IMG/VR virus record: IMGVR_UViG_3300045988_136632
From: a virus
Length of the DNA: 46,309 nt
Strand: one strand, 5' to 3'
The notes beneath the pieces were generated by a model. It worked only from the letters and a program-made list of their open reading frames with translations, was not told the DNA's origin and did not search any database. Numbering within the stretch: position 1 is the stretch's first letter; every line of letters starts with the position of its first letter. Shown here piece after piece: positions 1-8,654 of the stretch. Both the position numbers and the translations under genes were made by a program.

Positions 1-141
1 ATAGAGTCGGTAAGACCAAGAAGGAGATAACCAAAATGCACAAAAGAGATTTTCAATATAAATCTACCCAATTTTGGCAAAATCATAATACCCCAAAGTG
101 GATTTGCACTCATTTTCAAGCTTTAGAGTATAAAATGAATA
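1..141. repeat. terminal overlap copy 1 (identical to 46169-46309)
   Basis: Base-by-base reading shows that 1-141 equals 46169-46309. Confidence 0.95.
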
Positions 142-677
142 AACTTGAAGATTTTTATTTATTATGTAATTATCCGCTTGTTGATCCCAAATTAGAGTCC
201 ATTGGAATTACCAAAGATCATCTTTTCAGATACTTGTACGAAGATTTTTATATTATATTATTAAGTATTTCAGATATTATATCTAATATTTTGAATGATA
301 TATATAAATTAAACATAAAAAAAGAGTTGCAACATTTACCATATGTACTCAACGAATTAAGTCAAAAGCATATTATTGAAAAAAATCCTACATTGCATAC
401 TACATTAAAAGAATATAACTCTTTTTTAATTCATAATAAAGAAGAAAGAAATAACAACACTCATTATGGTAAATCCCGTAATAACGTACTTAGAAAAATA
501 GAGAATCCTAACGACACCGAAAAACTGCTTGACTATGTTCTTAAAAAAAGATATGACATAGATTTAAAAAGTATATTAAAACCAACTATTATAGAAAAAA
601 TGAATAGTCAAATCATAGAAACAGATAAATTTATAACTGAGATTTTTAATAATGTACAAACGAGATCATTCAGTTAA
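36..677 (+). CDS. hypothetical protein with a HEPN-like Rx4H motif (candidate abortive-infection RNase)
   Basis: The ATG lies 5 nt after the repressor stop, with AGGAG upstream. The product is 213 aa. R138-N-N-N-T-H143 (nt 447-464) fits the HEPN R-N-x-x-x-H signature. The gene is very AT-rich compared with the structural genes. Confidence 0.6.
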   Translation: MHKRDFQYKSTQFWQNHNTPKWICTHFQALEYKMNKLEDFYLLCNYPLVDPKLESIGITKDHLFRYLYEDFYIILLSISDIISNILNDIYKLNIKKELQHLPYVLNELSQKHIIEKNPTLHTTLKEYNSFLIHNKEERNNNTHYGKSRNNVLRKIENPNDTEKLLDYVLKKRYDIDLKSILKPTIIEKMNSQIIETDKFITEIFNNVQTRSFS

Positions 678-688
678 TATTATTGCTT

Positions 689-1318
689 ATGAAAAAAATT
701 ATTTTTATAACATTATCCGCTATCTTCGTCCTGTCAGGATGTAAATCAAAAGAAGACAAAGCATTAGAAGTCATCAAAAATCAAATGTTCCAAACATTAT
801 ACGACTTTGAAAGCTACCAACCTATAGAAACAAAAATAGATAGCGCATTTTTATCAATATACACCGATTCCGCCATTATTAGACATGGATATATCATTAA
901 TGAATTATTGGAGAAAGTAAACAAAGCTTTTGATGAAATCAACGAATATAAAAATTCAATGGAAATTTGGAGCGACTCCTATTCTTCTTATGGAATAAAG
1001 AAATTCTATGAAGCAAAAGAAAAATATGGGGAAAAAATAGAAGAAGCTAAATTATATTCCAAAATGATAAATGCGGAATCTGACACAATAAAATTACTTG
1101 CGCAAAATATTACCCCAGATTTTTATGGTTGGAAAGTAGCACATAAATTTAGATGCAAAACCAAAGGGGGAAATTCCGAAATTGGTAACTATATATATTA
1201 CTTCGATAAGAAAATAAAAAATATAATTTACCAAGAAGATATCGACAACGAAGACCTAATAAGAGCAAAAGAGTTTATAAAAGAATCCTTAGAAAAAGAT
1301 ACATTGTTAAGATGGTAG
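689..1318 (+). CDS. lipoprotein (candidate superinfection-exclusion or surface-modifying protein)
   Basis: The track ORF starts at TTG 683. The ATG at 689 gives MKKIIFITLSAIFVLSGC, a signal peptide plus lipobox (L-S-G-C). It begins 11 nt after the previous stop. Confidence 0.7.
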   Translation: MKKIIFITLSAIFVLSGCKSKEDKALEVIKNQMFQTLYDFESYQPIETKIDSAFLSIYTDSAIIRHGYIINELLEKVNKAFDEINEYKNSMEIWSDSYSSYGIKKFYEAKEKYGEKIEEAKLYSKMINAESDTIKLLAQNITPDFYGWKVAHKFRCKTKGGNSEIGNYIYYFDKKIKNIIYQEDIDNEDLIRAKEFIKESLEKDTLLRW

Positions 1319-1496
1319 ATATGTTATTTCTCATTTTTTAATTAGTATTAAAAACAAAGACGATCTAAAAGTATACAGAAATTAAGTAATTATAATGTAC
1401 CCACAACTTTATCGCATATATGCGCATAGGTTGTTACTTGCTTTCAAATTAGTATTCGAAGTTTAGGTATAACAATCTTCAAACAAGAAATTGAAA

Positions 1497-2057
1497 ATGA
1501 ATAAAAAAATACGAGATAACTATGATAAATACTGTTCGTTTATTAATGAGGAAAAAATCCTTGCAAAGGATCAAATGATACTTGATGAAGATAAAGCAAG
1601 CAGACCCGATTTCAAAGAGAAAAGCATGTTGGCATACAGTAATAATATCCCAGAAGAAATAACATTTACTGTACAACAAAAGAAAAAAGATGAGGCAGAT
1701 TTTAAATTTAATCTAAGATGTAAACCTTTTTGTGATCAACCTTTGTTCAGATATGATTCTACTGGCCCTTCACATAGAAATTCCAGTACTTCTACATCAA
1801 TAGATAAACAAATGGTTACCACTCCACACTTTCATAAATTTACTTCTGACGGGAAAGAAATTGCGTACAAAACAGCAGTGTTAGAAGAAGAGAACCAAGT
1901 TAAAGCATTAAGTGATATTTCTTTATGTGTTCTTCATTTTTTTCAAGAAGCACATATAAAAGGTGAAAAATTTGAGTTAATTTCGTCCCCTGGAGAACTT
2001 TCTTTTAAAGAAGATAGCGATGCTGATCCTTTAGAAAATGTAAAATTTATAATTTAA
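1497..2057 (+). CDS. hypothetical protein, His-rich motif R-Y-D...H-R-N...P-H-F-H (first gene of a two-gene cassette)
   Basis: The track start is TTG 1491, and the first ATG is at 1497. The motif FRYDSTGPSHRN(x14)TPHFHKF spans nt 1749-1835. I cannot assign a family from memory with confidence. Confidence 0.55.
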   Translation: MNKKIRDNYDKYCSFINEEKILAKDQMILDEDKASRPDFKEKSMLAYSNNIPEEITFTVQQKKKDEADFKFNLRCKPFCDQPLFRYDSTGPSHRNSSTSTSIDKQMVTTPHFHKFTSDGKEIAYKTAVLEEENQVKALSDISLCVLHFFQEAHIKGEKFELISSPGELSFKEDSDADPLENVKFII

Positions 2058-2059
2058 AA

Positions 2060-2866
2060 ATGATGGATGAAATTGTAGAACTTATCAAAAAGACATTTTA
2101 CTATCTATGGAAAGTAAAAAGATATGGAAAAACCATAGAGATAATTACACCGTCATTTACAACTAATGACTGCTTTGTATCTGTTTTCTTAACCAAAAGA
2201 GATAAATATTATATAGTCACTGATGGAGGTTGGATTAGTGAAAAATACTATAACAATTTTTTTGATAATGATGATGAATGTTATTCAAGATTATTCTCTT
2301 ATTATAAAGAGAAATATTCAATATGTGAGACTGAATCGAAAAACCAAGTGTACTACTACAAAAGTACAGAAAACATAGAGTTGATCCCCAATATAGTCCT
2401 TGAAATGTCTACTTTTATATCAACAGTAGTAAGTTCATCTTTTATTAAATTCCAAGATAATAAAGATAAGGACTTGCAAAAAAGATTTCGCTCACAAGTA
2501 AGCACATATCTTTCCTCTAATTTTAATAAAGATGAAGTGTCTTTTAACGGATCGATTGACGAACAATATAAAGATATTAAATTCAACGCTGTCATCAAGA
2601 GAGATAATAAATTTACTTTATTTAATTATGTAACTGGTACTACCGATTTTTATTTTAGAGGGAGTATCGGTCGCTCTAATATGAATTTTCAATTAATAAA
2701 CAGAACACCTATAAAAAACAAAATATACAAACGAGTGACTGTTATTAATAATCAAGCATCTGGATACAAGATAGATAAATTAAAACAATATCTTGAGTTA
2801 ATTTCAGCAGAAGCAGAATCAGAAATCATTAATTGGAGTAACAAAAAAGATTTATTAGAGATATAA
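2060..2866 (+). CDS. hypothetical protein, N-terminus resembles DUF1828-type proteins (second gene of the cassette)
   Basis: The ATG lies 2 nt after the upstream stop. The product is 268 aa. The N-terminal pattern GKTIEIITPSFTTNDCFVSVFLTKRDKYYIVTDGGW is recalled from DUF1828/DUF1829-like prophage proteins, but this is not verified. Confidence 0.55.
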   Translation: MMDEIVELIKKTFYYLWKVKRYGKTIEIITPSFTTNDCFVSVFLTKRDKYYIVTDGGWISEKYYNNFFDNDDECYSRLFSYYKEKYSICETESKNQVYYYKSTENIELIPNIVLEMSTFISTVVSSSFIKFQDNKDKDLQKRFRSQVSTYLSSNFNKDEVSFNGSIDEQYKDIKFNAVIKRDNKFTLFNYVTGTTDFYFRGSIGRSNMNFQLINRTPIKNKIYKRVTVINNQASGYKIDKLKQYLELISAEAESEIINWSNKKDLLEI

Positions 2867-2961
2867 ATATTGCGCAAATACAACAGATGAATACCATTAA
2901 TATTCATTGGTAAATCATTGAAAAATATTGAGTGTAATCAACTAATAAAAACCTATTTTTT

Positions 2962-2986
2962 TCCAAAACGAATCTTTGGAGTTTTT
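2962..2986 (+). terminator. weak hairpin plus T-run after the two-gene cassette
   Basis: TCCAAA (2962-2967), a 7-nt loop, TTTGGA (2975-2980), then GTTTTT. The stem is AT-rich and overlaps a TCCAAAAC repeat, so it may instead be an integrase arm site. Confidence 0.3.
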
Positions 2987-3040
2987 AAAATCCGTTGTAA
3001 CATACTGAATAGCTGTCAGTTTACATATAAATAAGGTTCA

Positions 3041-3084
3041 TACTGGCAGTGTCGAGGTGATCGGTTCGAGTCCGATACTCTCCA
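3041..3084 (+). other. tRNA 3'-end fragment, candidate attP core
   Basis: T-arm ATCGG-TTCGAGT-CCGAT (3060-3076), then acceptor 3' strand ACTCTCC (3077-3083). The upstream part looks like a long variable arm (tRNA-Ser-like). No matching 5' acceptor or D-arm is present, so the tRNA is partial. It lies 135 nt upstream of the integrase. Confidence 0.65.
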
Positions 3085-3218
3085 CAGATTAAAAATCGCT
3101 CCTACAGTATGTTATAACGTACTTTCTAAATTCTTCCAAATTTCGTTTTGGATAAAAAAAAGACAAATTCTGCCACTTTTGGCATTAATAACTTGTCGAA
3201 AACTTATCCAAAACAATT

Positions 3219-4397
3219 ATGACAACTCTCAAAATTGCCGTTGTTCCAGCTAAGATGCTGAAAAGCGGAAAACACAAAATCAGAATCGCAATTGGACACA
3301 AACAAGAAACAAGATACCTTGTTACCCGATTCACTATTGACAATTTATCTTATTTCAAAGACGGGCAAGTTGTAGGAACAGCAAATGCTTCGAGTATAAA
3401 TATGAAATTAAGGAATATCCTTAATTCATATCAAGAAGCACTCGACCGAATAAATACTCAATCATATACTTGTAAACAACTCATCGAATACTTGTCAACC
3501 GTTAAACAAGGTACTACAAGTTTTAATACTGCATCCAACGAATTCATAATCAATATGGAAAATGAAGGCAGAAAAAGCACAGCCGCACTATATCGTAGAA
3601 CCTGTAATTATTTTAATGAGTTTATAAAGTATGATATTATGTTAGATGGTATTACTCCACGTACCATAAAAGATTTCGACATCTACATGAATAAGGAAAG
3701 AAATCTAAATCCTGTCACAAGAGGGACACATATGGCTCATTTAAAGGCAATAATCAATCAAGCAATACGAGATAAAAAAGCGGCTTATGAAACACATCCT
3801 TTTGAATATTACGAAAAGCCGGCAGGAAGTGTACGAGAGCTTGATATCACCGTTGAAGAAGTAAAAATGATTAGAGATTCAACCCCAAAAGAAAAATCTC
3901 TAAGAATGGCTCGTGATCTCTTTATGCTATCCTATTATCTTGGAGGTATTAATCTCATAGACCTCATGCAATTTAATTTTAAAAACAAGGATACAATTGA
4001 ATACATACGAGAAAAATCTAAGAACACTAAAAAAGGTGATAAAAAAGTAAGTCTTACTATACCGGACGAAGCAAAACCGATTATCAAAGAATGGATCAGT
4101 AAAAGTGGGAAACTTAACTTTGGGTATAAATACACATATGATAATTTCAGAAAGTATGTCACAAAAGAAATAGGGCGCCTTGCCGAAAAAATAGGTATCG
4201 AATCACACGTAGTATACTATTCAGCACGAAAGAGCTTTGTACAACACGGTTTCGAGCTTGGAATAAATCTTGAAACATTAGAATATTGTATCGGTCAAAG
4301 CATGAAAATGAATCGTCCTATTTTTAATTATGTAAAGATAATGCGAAAACACGCTGATCAAGCTATTAGAAAAATACTTGATAATCTGAAAAAATAA
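3219..4397 (+). CDS. int: tyrosine-type site-specific integrase
   Basis: 392 aa, adjacent to the tRNA-fragment attP. The N-terminal arm-binding-like region, the C-terminal YYSARKSFVQHG and the NY near the end are typical of Bacteroidota phage and CTn integrases. Confidence 0.8.
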   Translation: MTTLKIAVVPAKMLKSGKHKIRIAIGHKQETRYLVTRFTIDNLSYFKDGQVVGTANASSINMKLRNILNSYQEALDRINTQSYTCKQLIEYLSTVKQGTTSFNTASNEFIINMENEGRKSTAALYRRTCNYFNEFIKYDIMLDGITPRTIKDFDIYMNKERNLNPVTRGTHMAHLKAIINQAIRDKKAAYETHPFEYYEKPAGSVRELDITVEEVKMIRDSTPKEKSLRMARDLFMLSYYLGGINLIDLMQFNFKNKDTIEYIREKSKNTKKGDKKVSLTIPDEAKPIIKEWISKSGKLNFGYKYTYDNFRKYVTKEIGRLAEKIGIESHVVYYSARKSFVQHGFELGINLETLEYCIGQSMKMNRPIFNYVKIMRKHADQAIRKILDNLKK

Positions 4398-4451
4398 GCA
4401 GCATCCTATAAAATAAATCATAAAACGCTTGCATAATATACAAATGTATAT

Positions 4452-4459
4452 TATATTTG
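4452..4459 (+). promoter_or_regulatory. candidate Bacteroidota -7 box TATATTTG
   Basis: Matches the TAnnTTTG consensus 28 nt upstream of ATG 4488. It sits next to a 9-bp inverted repeat, ATAATATAC/GTATATTAT. Confidence 0.4.
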
Positions 4460-4487
4460 CATTGTCAAATTAAACGTATAAATAAAA

Positions 4488-4685
4488 ATGAGTAATGAAA
4501 AAGATTATCTAATTAGCTTGCTAATGAAAAACAAAGCACAACTAAAAATGCTTGATTTCATCTTCGAAAACAACAGCAATGCAGATGAAGAAAAAATGAA
4601 CGCAATCCTTGATGAGAAACTAAGAGTTGAAAAAAACATCGGGAACATTGAGAAAGCGTTAAAAGAGTTAGAAAAACAAAAGTAA
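4488..4685 (+). CDS. small coiled-coil protein
   Basis: 65 aa with a charged heptad-like sequence. A candidate promoter lies just upstream. Confidence 0.5.
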   Translation: MSNEKDYLISLLMKNKAQLKMLDFIFENNSNADEEKMNAILDEKLRVEKNIGNIEKALKELEKQK

Positions 4686-4727
4686 AAAATGCCTCCCAGC
4701 AATGGGAGGTTCTAAAAACATAAAATT

Positions 4728-5147
4728 ATGAAAACGTTAAAAGATGAATTAAAAGAGCTTCAAATACTTCTCAATAATCCGACTCCGGAAAATGAGATGT
4801 TATATCAAAAAAAGTTTATTGAAATAAAAAACAAATTTTCTTCTAAAGAAGATGCTAATATTATAGCAGACTTCATTTTAAATGGATACAAACAAATAGA
4901 CGAAGGATTAAAAGAAATAGAAAAAGAAATAAGCATACGCCAGCAATTGGAAGAAGTAAAGGAAGTTATTTCTTTATCGTACATAGCAAAGAAATATTTC
5001 GGTAAATCTCGCCAGTGGTTAAATAATCGGATTAACGGTTGTATAGTAAACGGCAAGCCATGTAAATTCAGCGAAGAAGAAAAAGAAAAATTAAATTACG
5101 CTCTTTCAGACGTAAGTAAGTTATTAGGCTCAATTCGCATTCTCTAA
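4728..5147 (+). CDS. small DNA-binding-like protein (C-terminal region resembles the DUF5053-type HTH); possible excision or regulatory factor
   Basis: 139 aa. The segment YFGKSRQWLNNRINGCIVNGKPCKFSEEEKEKLNYAL resembles a motif common in Bacteroidota mobile elements. A strong terminator follows. Confidence 0.6.
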   Translation: MKTLKDELKELQILLNNPTPENEMLYQKKFIEIKNKFSSKEDANIIADFILNGYKQIDEGLKEIEKEISIRQQLEEVKEVISLSYIAKKYFGKSRQWLNNRINGCIVNGKPCKFSEEEKEKLNYALSDVSKLLGSIRIL

Positions 5148-5166
5148 TGCGTTTAATTTGACACCG

Positions 5167-5197
5167 CCCCGCAATTGAGTCGTTGCGGGGCTTTTTA
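5167..5197 (+). terminator. rho-independent terminator ending the + strand lysogeny module
   Basis: CCCCGCAA (5167-5174), an 8-nt loop, TTGCGGGG (5183-5190), then CTTTTT. Confidence 0.75.
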
Positions 5198-5383
5198 TGC
5201 CTTTTCCCCTTCTATCTTTTCCCTAAATTCCCATAGATGCTCAATATAGGGGTGGAACGTTGGATTCTCCCAGTGCTTCGATATAGTAGCTATCGAGCTT
5301 TCAATAAAATACTCACAATCGAGTATGTTTATACATTTACTTAATTGATACGGGGAGGCCGGATACGCTTTGTTTTCAAACAT
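5195..5383 (-). CDS. hypothetical small protein downstream of the beta-helix gene
   Basis: 62-aa ORF, 39 nt after the stop of the 5423-7414 gene on the same strand. Confidence 0.35.
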   Translation of the reverse strand: MFENKAYPASPYQLSKCINILDCEYFIESSIATISKHWENPTFHPYIEHLWEFREKIEGEKA

Positions 5384-5422
5384 ATTCTTTGTATTTATCC
5401 CAAAATGAGTACTTAAATATTA

Positions 5423-7414
5423 TTACTTAGCAATCCAACGACCATTAATAAAAATCCATAAGGAATTAGTACCGGTACCCATATTATAAACAATATCACC
5501 ATCTTGCCAAGAACCGACTGAAGGACAAGTTGTACTCCTGCATTCAATATTATTGCCCTTATAACTGATAGACTTTATATTAGTATTCCCCGATAATATT
5601 CCTTCCGTCAATTTCTGCCATTTGTAACCACAAATAGAAATACCATTTTCATATAAATGCTTAGTCCCACATATAGGAACATCAACATAATGTGTATATT
5701 GAATATTATTCCCATCTTTCTTTCCTCTATAAAATCGAAAATTTGTTCTGCGTCCACAAGTATCCCCATTTACGATATTGAAAAGTAACCCATTAGAAGC
5801 ATAACTCAAGGTACAATTCCCTAAATCCCTAACAGTATTACATATTTGTCGACCATGATCCCAAATTGCATGAGCTTTATAATAATATTCTCCATCTAAA
5901 TATTGCCAAATAACATTAGGATTAAGACCATACAATGTTATAAAAATATCTCGTACATTATCTATATATCCCAACTTATCAATATAACCATTAGGGGCAA
6001 TTAATGAAGATTGAGACAATAGATAACTATATTTATTAAATTCTTTCATAGGTAGCATATCATTACCACATAATGCAATGCCACACAAATACATTTTACC
6101 TATTGATCCAGAACGAACCCAATAACGATAATTTTGTGAAAGTTTTAACATCTGAACCATTTGAGTTTTGGTCGTTACCCCCCTTAACTGAATATCGTAC
6201 TCACAAATATCAGCTACAGTATATTGAACACCATCACGATCTTCTTTATCATAAAATAGAAACAAATTATCTGCCATATTGACAACAGAAACATCTTCGT
6301 CCCCCCCAGATTGTATTACAACACAAGGCCTATTTAACTTTTTAAAATAATTATTATGCAGACTTACATTAGAATCTTGAATAACAACTTGACCATCCTC
6401 CATATGGTTAGAATTAAAAGTTATTCCCTTACTGCCACTTATCCAAATGTCAGCATTCACTATATTTGAAGTAATATTACCTCCAAGGCATGAAGCTATC
6501 CGTATACCTTTATTGTAGCTGCCATTATTAATAGCATTAAAATCACAAACTAAACCATCACCAAGAAAACCAAAATCAATCGTATACAAACTTTCTCCTC
6601 TATGTATATCAATACTATTGTTTATTACACAACCAGTTACTCTCTTACGATCTATATAATGGTTATTACTAAAAACAATACTTTGTTGAAAGTTACTAAA
6701 AGTGCAAGCTTTTATTTCACAACAAGATGCAGCGCTAAATATAGCTTTTAGCTTACTAATATTATTAGAGAACAATAATCGTTCAATCTGAGTTTGATTA
6801 CTGGAATACAATACTTCCCAATTACAAACTTTTTCACCTTTCTCATTTACATACCAGTCTTTTACATTTATTTCCACAACATACCCATTGGTAAATAAAC
6901 TATCTTCTACTAAACGTGAAGAATTATCCATCTCTGCTACTAAGAAAGTTCCTTTTTCTTTTTCCGTTTTATTTTCCATTCCGGATTCACCTACCAACTG
7001 AATACCATACTTCACATGAAGTATTTTCTTTATTATATACTTACCACGTGGAATGAACACTTGCCCTGTCCCTTTCATTGTAATAGCCTTATTAATAGCA
7101 TCAGAACAATCCTCTAAAGAATCTGCTACTGCTCCAAACCATTGAGGATATGCTCTATCCATGATCCATGATCCAATGACATTCAATTCCAAGCCAAAAA
7201 TTTGCGAGATAGGAGCAATTAAAGATGTATTATTACCTTTCAAGTCTCCATTACCAGTAATTATGCCACCCATAAAAATCAAAGTAATATTCGAAGCTAA
7301 CAGAACACTACTATTTATTACATGAATCGAAGTAACAACATAAGTTGAATTGGATATTGTCGATTCGGGATTGAATTCAGGCCAATCCATAATTAAATTA
7401 TGATTTTGTTCCAT
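5423..7414 (-). CDS. right-handed beta-helix (pectate-lyase-3-like) protein, tailspike or polysaccharide depolymerase-like
   Basis: AYPQWFGAVADSLEDCSDAINKAI...GQVFIPRGKYII matches the N-terminal signature of pectate-lyase-superfamily tailspikes. The track start at 7462 is TTG, and the first ATG is at 7414. Confidence 0.65.
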   Translation of the reverse strand: MEQNHNLIMDWPEFNPESTISNSTYVVTSIHVINSSVLLASNITLIFMGGIITGNGDLKGNNTSLIAPISQIFGLELNVIGSWIMDRAYPQWFGAVADSLEDCSDAINKAITMKGTGQVFIPRGKYIIKKILHVKYGIQLVGESGMENKTEKEKGTFLVAEMDNSSRLVEDSLFTNGYVVEINVKDWYVNEKGEKVCNWEVLYSSNQTQIERLLFSNNISKLKAIFSAASCCEIKACTFSNFQQSIVFSNNHYIDRKRVTGCVINNSIDIHRGESLYTIDFGFLGDGLVCDFNAINNGSYNKGIRIASCLGGNITSNIVNADIWISGSKGITFNSNHMEDGQVVIQDSNVSLHNNYFKKLNRPCVVIQSGGDEDVSVVNMADNLFLFYDKEDRDGVQYTVADICEYDIQLRGVTTKTQMVQMLKLSQNYRYWVRSGSIGKMYLCGIALCGNDMLPMKEFNKYSYLLSQSSLIAPNGYIDKLGYIDNVRDIFITLYGLNPNVIWQYLDGEYYYKAHAIWDHGRQICNTVRDLGNCTLSYASNGLLFNIVNGDTCGRRTNFRFYRGKKDGNNIQYTHYVDVPICGTKHLYENGISICGYKWQKLTEGILSGNTNIKSISYKGNNIECRSTTCPSVGSWQDGDIVYNMGTGTNSLWIFINGRWIAK

Positions 7415-7522
7415 AAAGTAAAAATTAAATATCGTATCAAAAGAAATTATCTCTATAAACAATATGAGTTATTATATATTAGATTCTTTGATTATTCTTG
7501 TAATAAAAATAACTCTACAATA

Positions 7523-7530
7523 CAAATATA
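7523..7530 (-). promoter_or_regulatory. candidate -7 box TATATTTG (reverse strand)
   Basis: Plus-strand CAAATATA is the reverse complement of TAnnTTTG. It lies in a 340-nt AT-rich gap upstream of the beta-helix gene. Confidence 0.35.
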
Positions 7531-7804
7531 AAAATATATATCAAAATAACCCCAAAAAGTACCCGGACAAATTTAGGTAGGACACAGATTAATAACAACC
7601 AGTACATCAACGATATACATATTCTATTGACAAAATTACCCAGACAATTCCAAAATTATTTTCATGTCACCAAAAGAAATTATAGTGAAAACGAACAAAT
7701 ATTAATAGTTTATCATAGCCTTTAAAAATAAAAAGCCCCGATCCGTTAAGAACCAAGGCTTCGCCACTTGTCGCTACAAGTAAGCTTCTACACTATTATA
7801 ACAA

Positions 7805-8257
7805 TTACCACATAAATAAGTTGCAACTTACCCCGACACCCACATACCATCCACCCGGATAACCATATCCGGCTTGTAAGCCCAATCCCCAACGCTTTTT
7901 CTTCGGGGTAATGGTGTGGTAAATATCATTCGTCACTGTCTGATATGTAGTTCTCGGAAATACCTGTAAGCTATCCAATCTTGGCCGGTAACCGGATATC
8001 CATGCCCGGTAAAGGCTATCCTCATAATAAGCCTGTTCACGCTGAACTACAGTATCGCCTACATGTATTGTATCTGTCAAACGGACGACCAATAGCGGAG
8101 CCATAGGCGCATGGATAAGTAGCGTATCAACTCTTACAACGGTCTTTATTTTTGTCTCGGTGCGTATCTCTGCCGGCAAAGGCTTATGTGGCCGAAACCA
8201 AGCAGCCACACAAGCTATTAATAATATAATTATTAATATCCACGGCAATGATTTCAT
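7805..8257 (-). CDS. lysis-cassette membrane or lipoprotein (o-spanin-like position)
   Basis: 150 aa. The N-terminus MKSLPWILIIILLIAC carries a possible lipobox (L-I-A-C). The C-terminus is Gly/aromatic-rich. It overlaps the endolysin gene by 4 nt. Confidence 0.55.
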   Translation of the reverse strand: MKSLPWILIIILLIACVAAWFRPHKPLPAEIRTETKIKTVVRVDTLLIHAPMAPLLVVRLTDTIHVGDTVVQREQAYYEDSLYRAWISGYRPRLDSLQVFPRTTYQTVTNDIYHTITPKKKRWGLGLQAGYGYPGGWYVGVGVSCNLFMW

Positions 8258-8652
8258 AAAGCTAAAATTTGCTTACGGTTCCCCTCTTTCCGGTAAGATA
8301 CATGTACCCACGAGAAATTCTTCTCATCAATCAATTGGTCAAAAGGAAGGCCAAGTTCCTGAATCAGATAAAACAACCGTTTATTCTCTTTCGGGCTACC
8401 ACCGGTAATATCTGCTGCCCTTCCAGTCATGTGGTCACTGGTGGCGGAACCTTTCACAGCCTTGTTGAGAGCCAGACAACGGAATCCGCTATTTACCTGT
8501 ATCGGTTTTCCATAAGCCTCCCGGAGCGGATCAAGGACATTATCCACTAATGCGGTCATATTGTATACATGTTCTTTCTTGCACCGGTTATCAATACCCA
8601 ACCGATCTGCTGTTTCTGATTTACAAAGTTCTGCAATTGTAAAATACTTCAT
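8254..8652 (-). CDS. endolysin, peptidase M15 (D-Ala-D-Ala carboxypeptidase-like) family
   Basis: SGFRC...SDHMTGRAAD (S-x-H-x-x-G-x-A-x-D) plus the C-terminal WVHV zinc ligand pattern. Confidence 0.8.
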   Translation of the reverse strand: MKYFTIAELCKSETADRLGIDNRCKKEHVYNMTALVDNVLDPLREAYGKPIQVNSGFRCLALNKAVKGSATSDHMTGRAADITGGSPKENKRLFYLIQELGLPFDQLIDEKNFSWVHVSYRKEGNRKQILAL

Positions 8653-8654
8653 CC

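Noticed and set aside
1-141. Biological direct terminal repeat or attL/attR pair
   Set aside because: The repeat cuts through coding sequence (the repressor stop and the next ORF start). The real att core sits at about 3.05 kb next to the integrase. An exact 141-nt length fits an assembler k-mer overlap. A true DTR cannot be fully excluded without reads.
3041-3084. Complete tRNA gene
   Set aside because: Only the variable arm, T-arm and 3' acceptor part are present. No complementary GGAGAGT 5' acceptor strand or D-arm lies upstream, so it is interpreted as the attP core copy of a host tRNA 3' end.
7730-7804. Possible terminator after the lysis cassette (AAGCC...GGCTTTTTATTTTT on the reverse strand)
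   Set aside because: The stem is only 4-5 bp with a ~19-nt loop, which is too weak to call.
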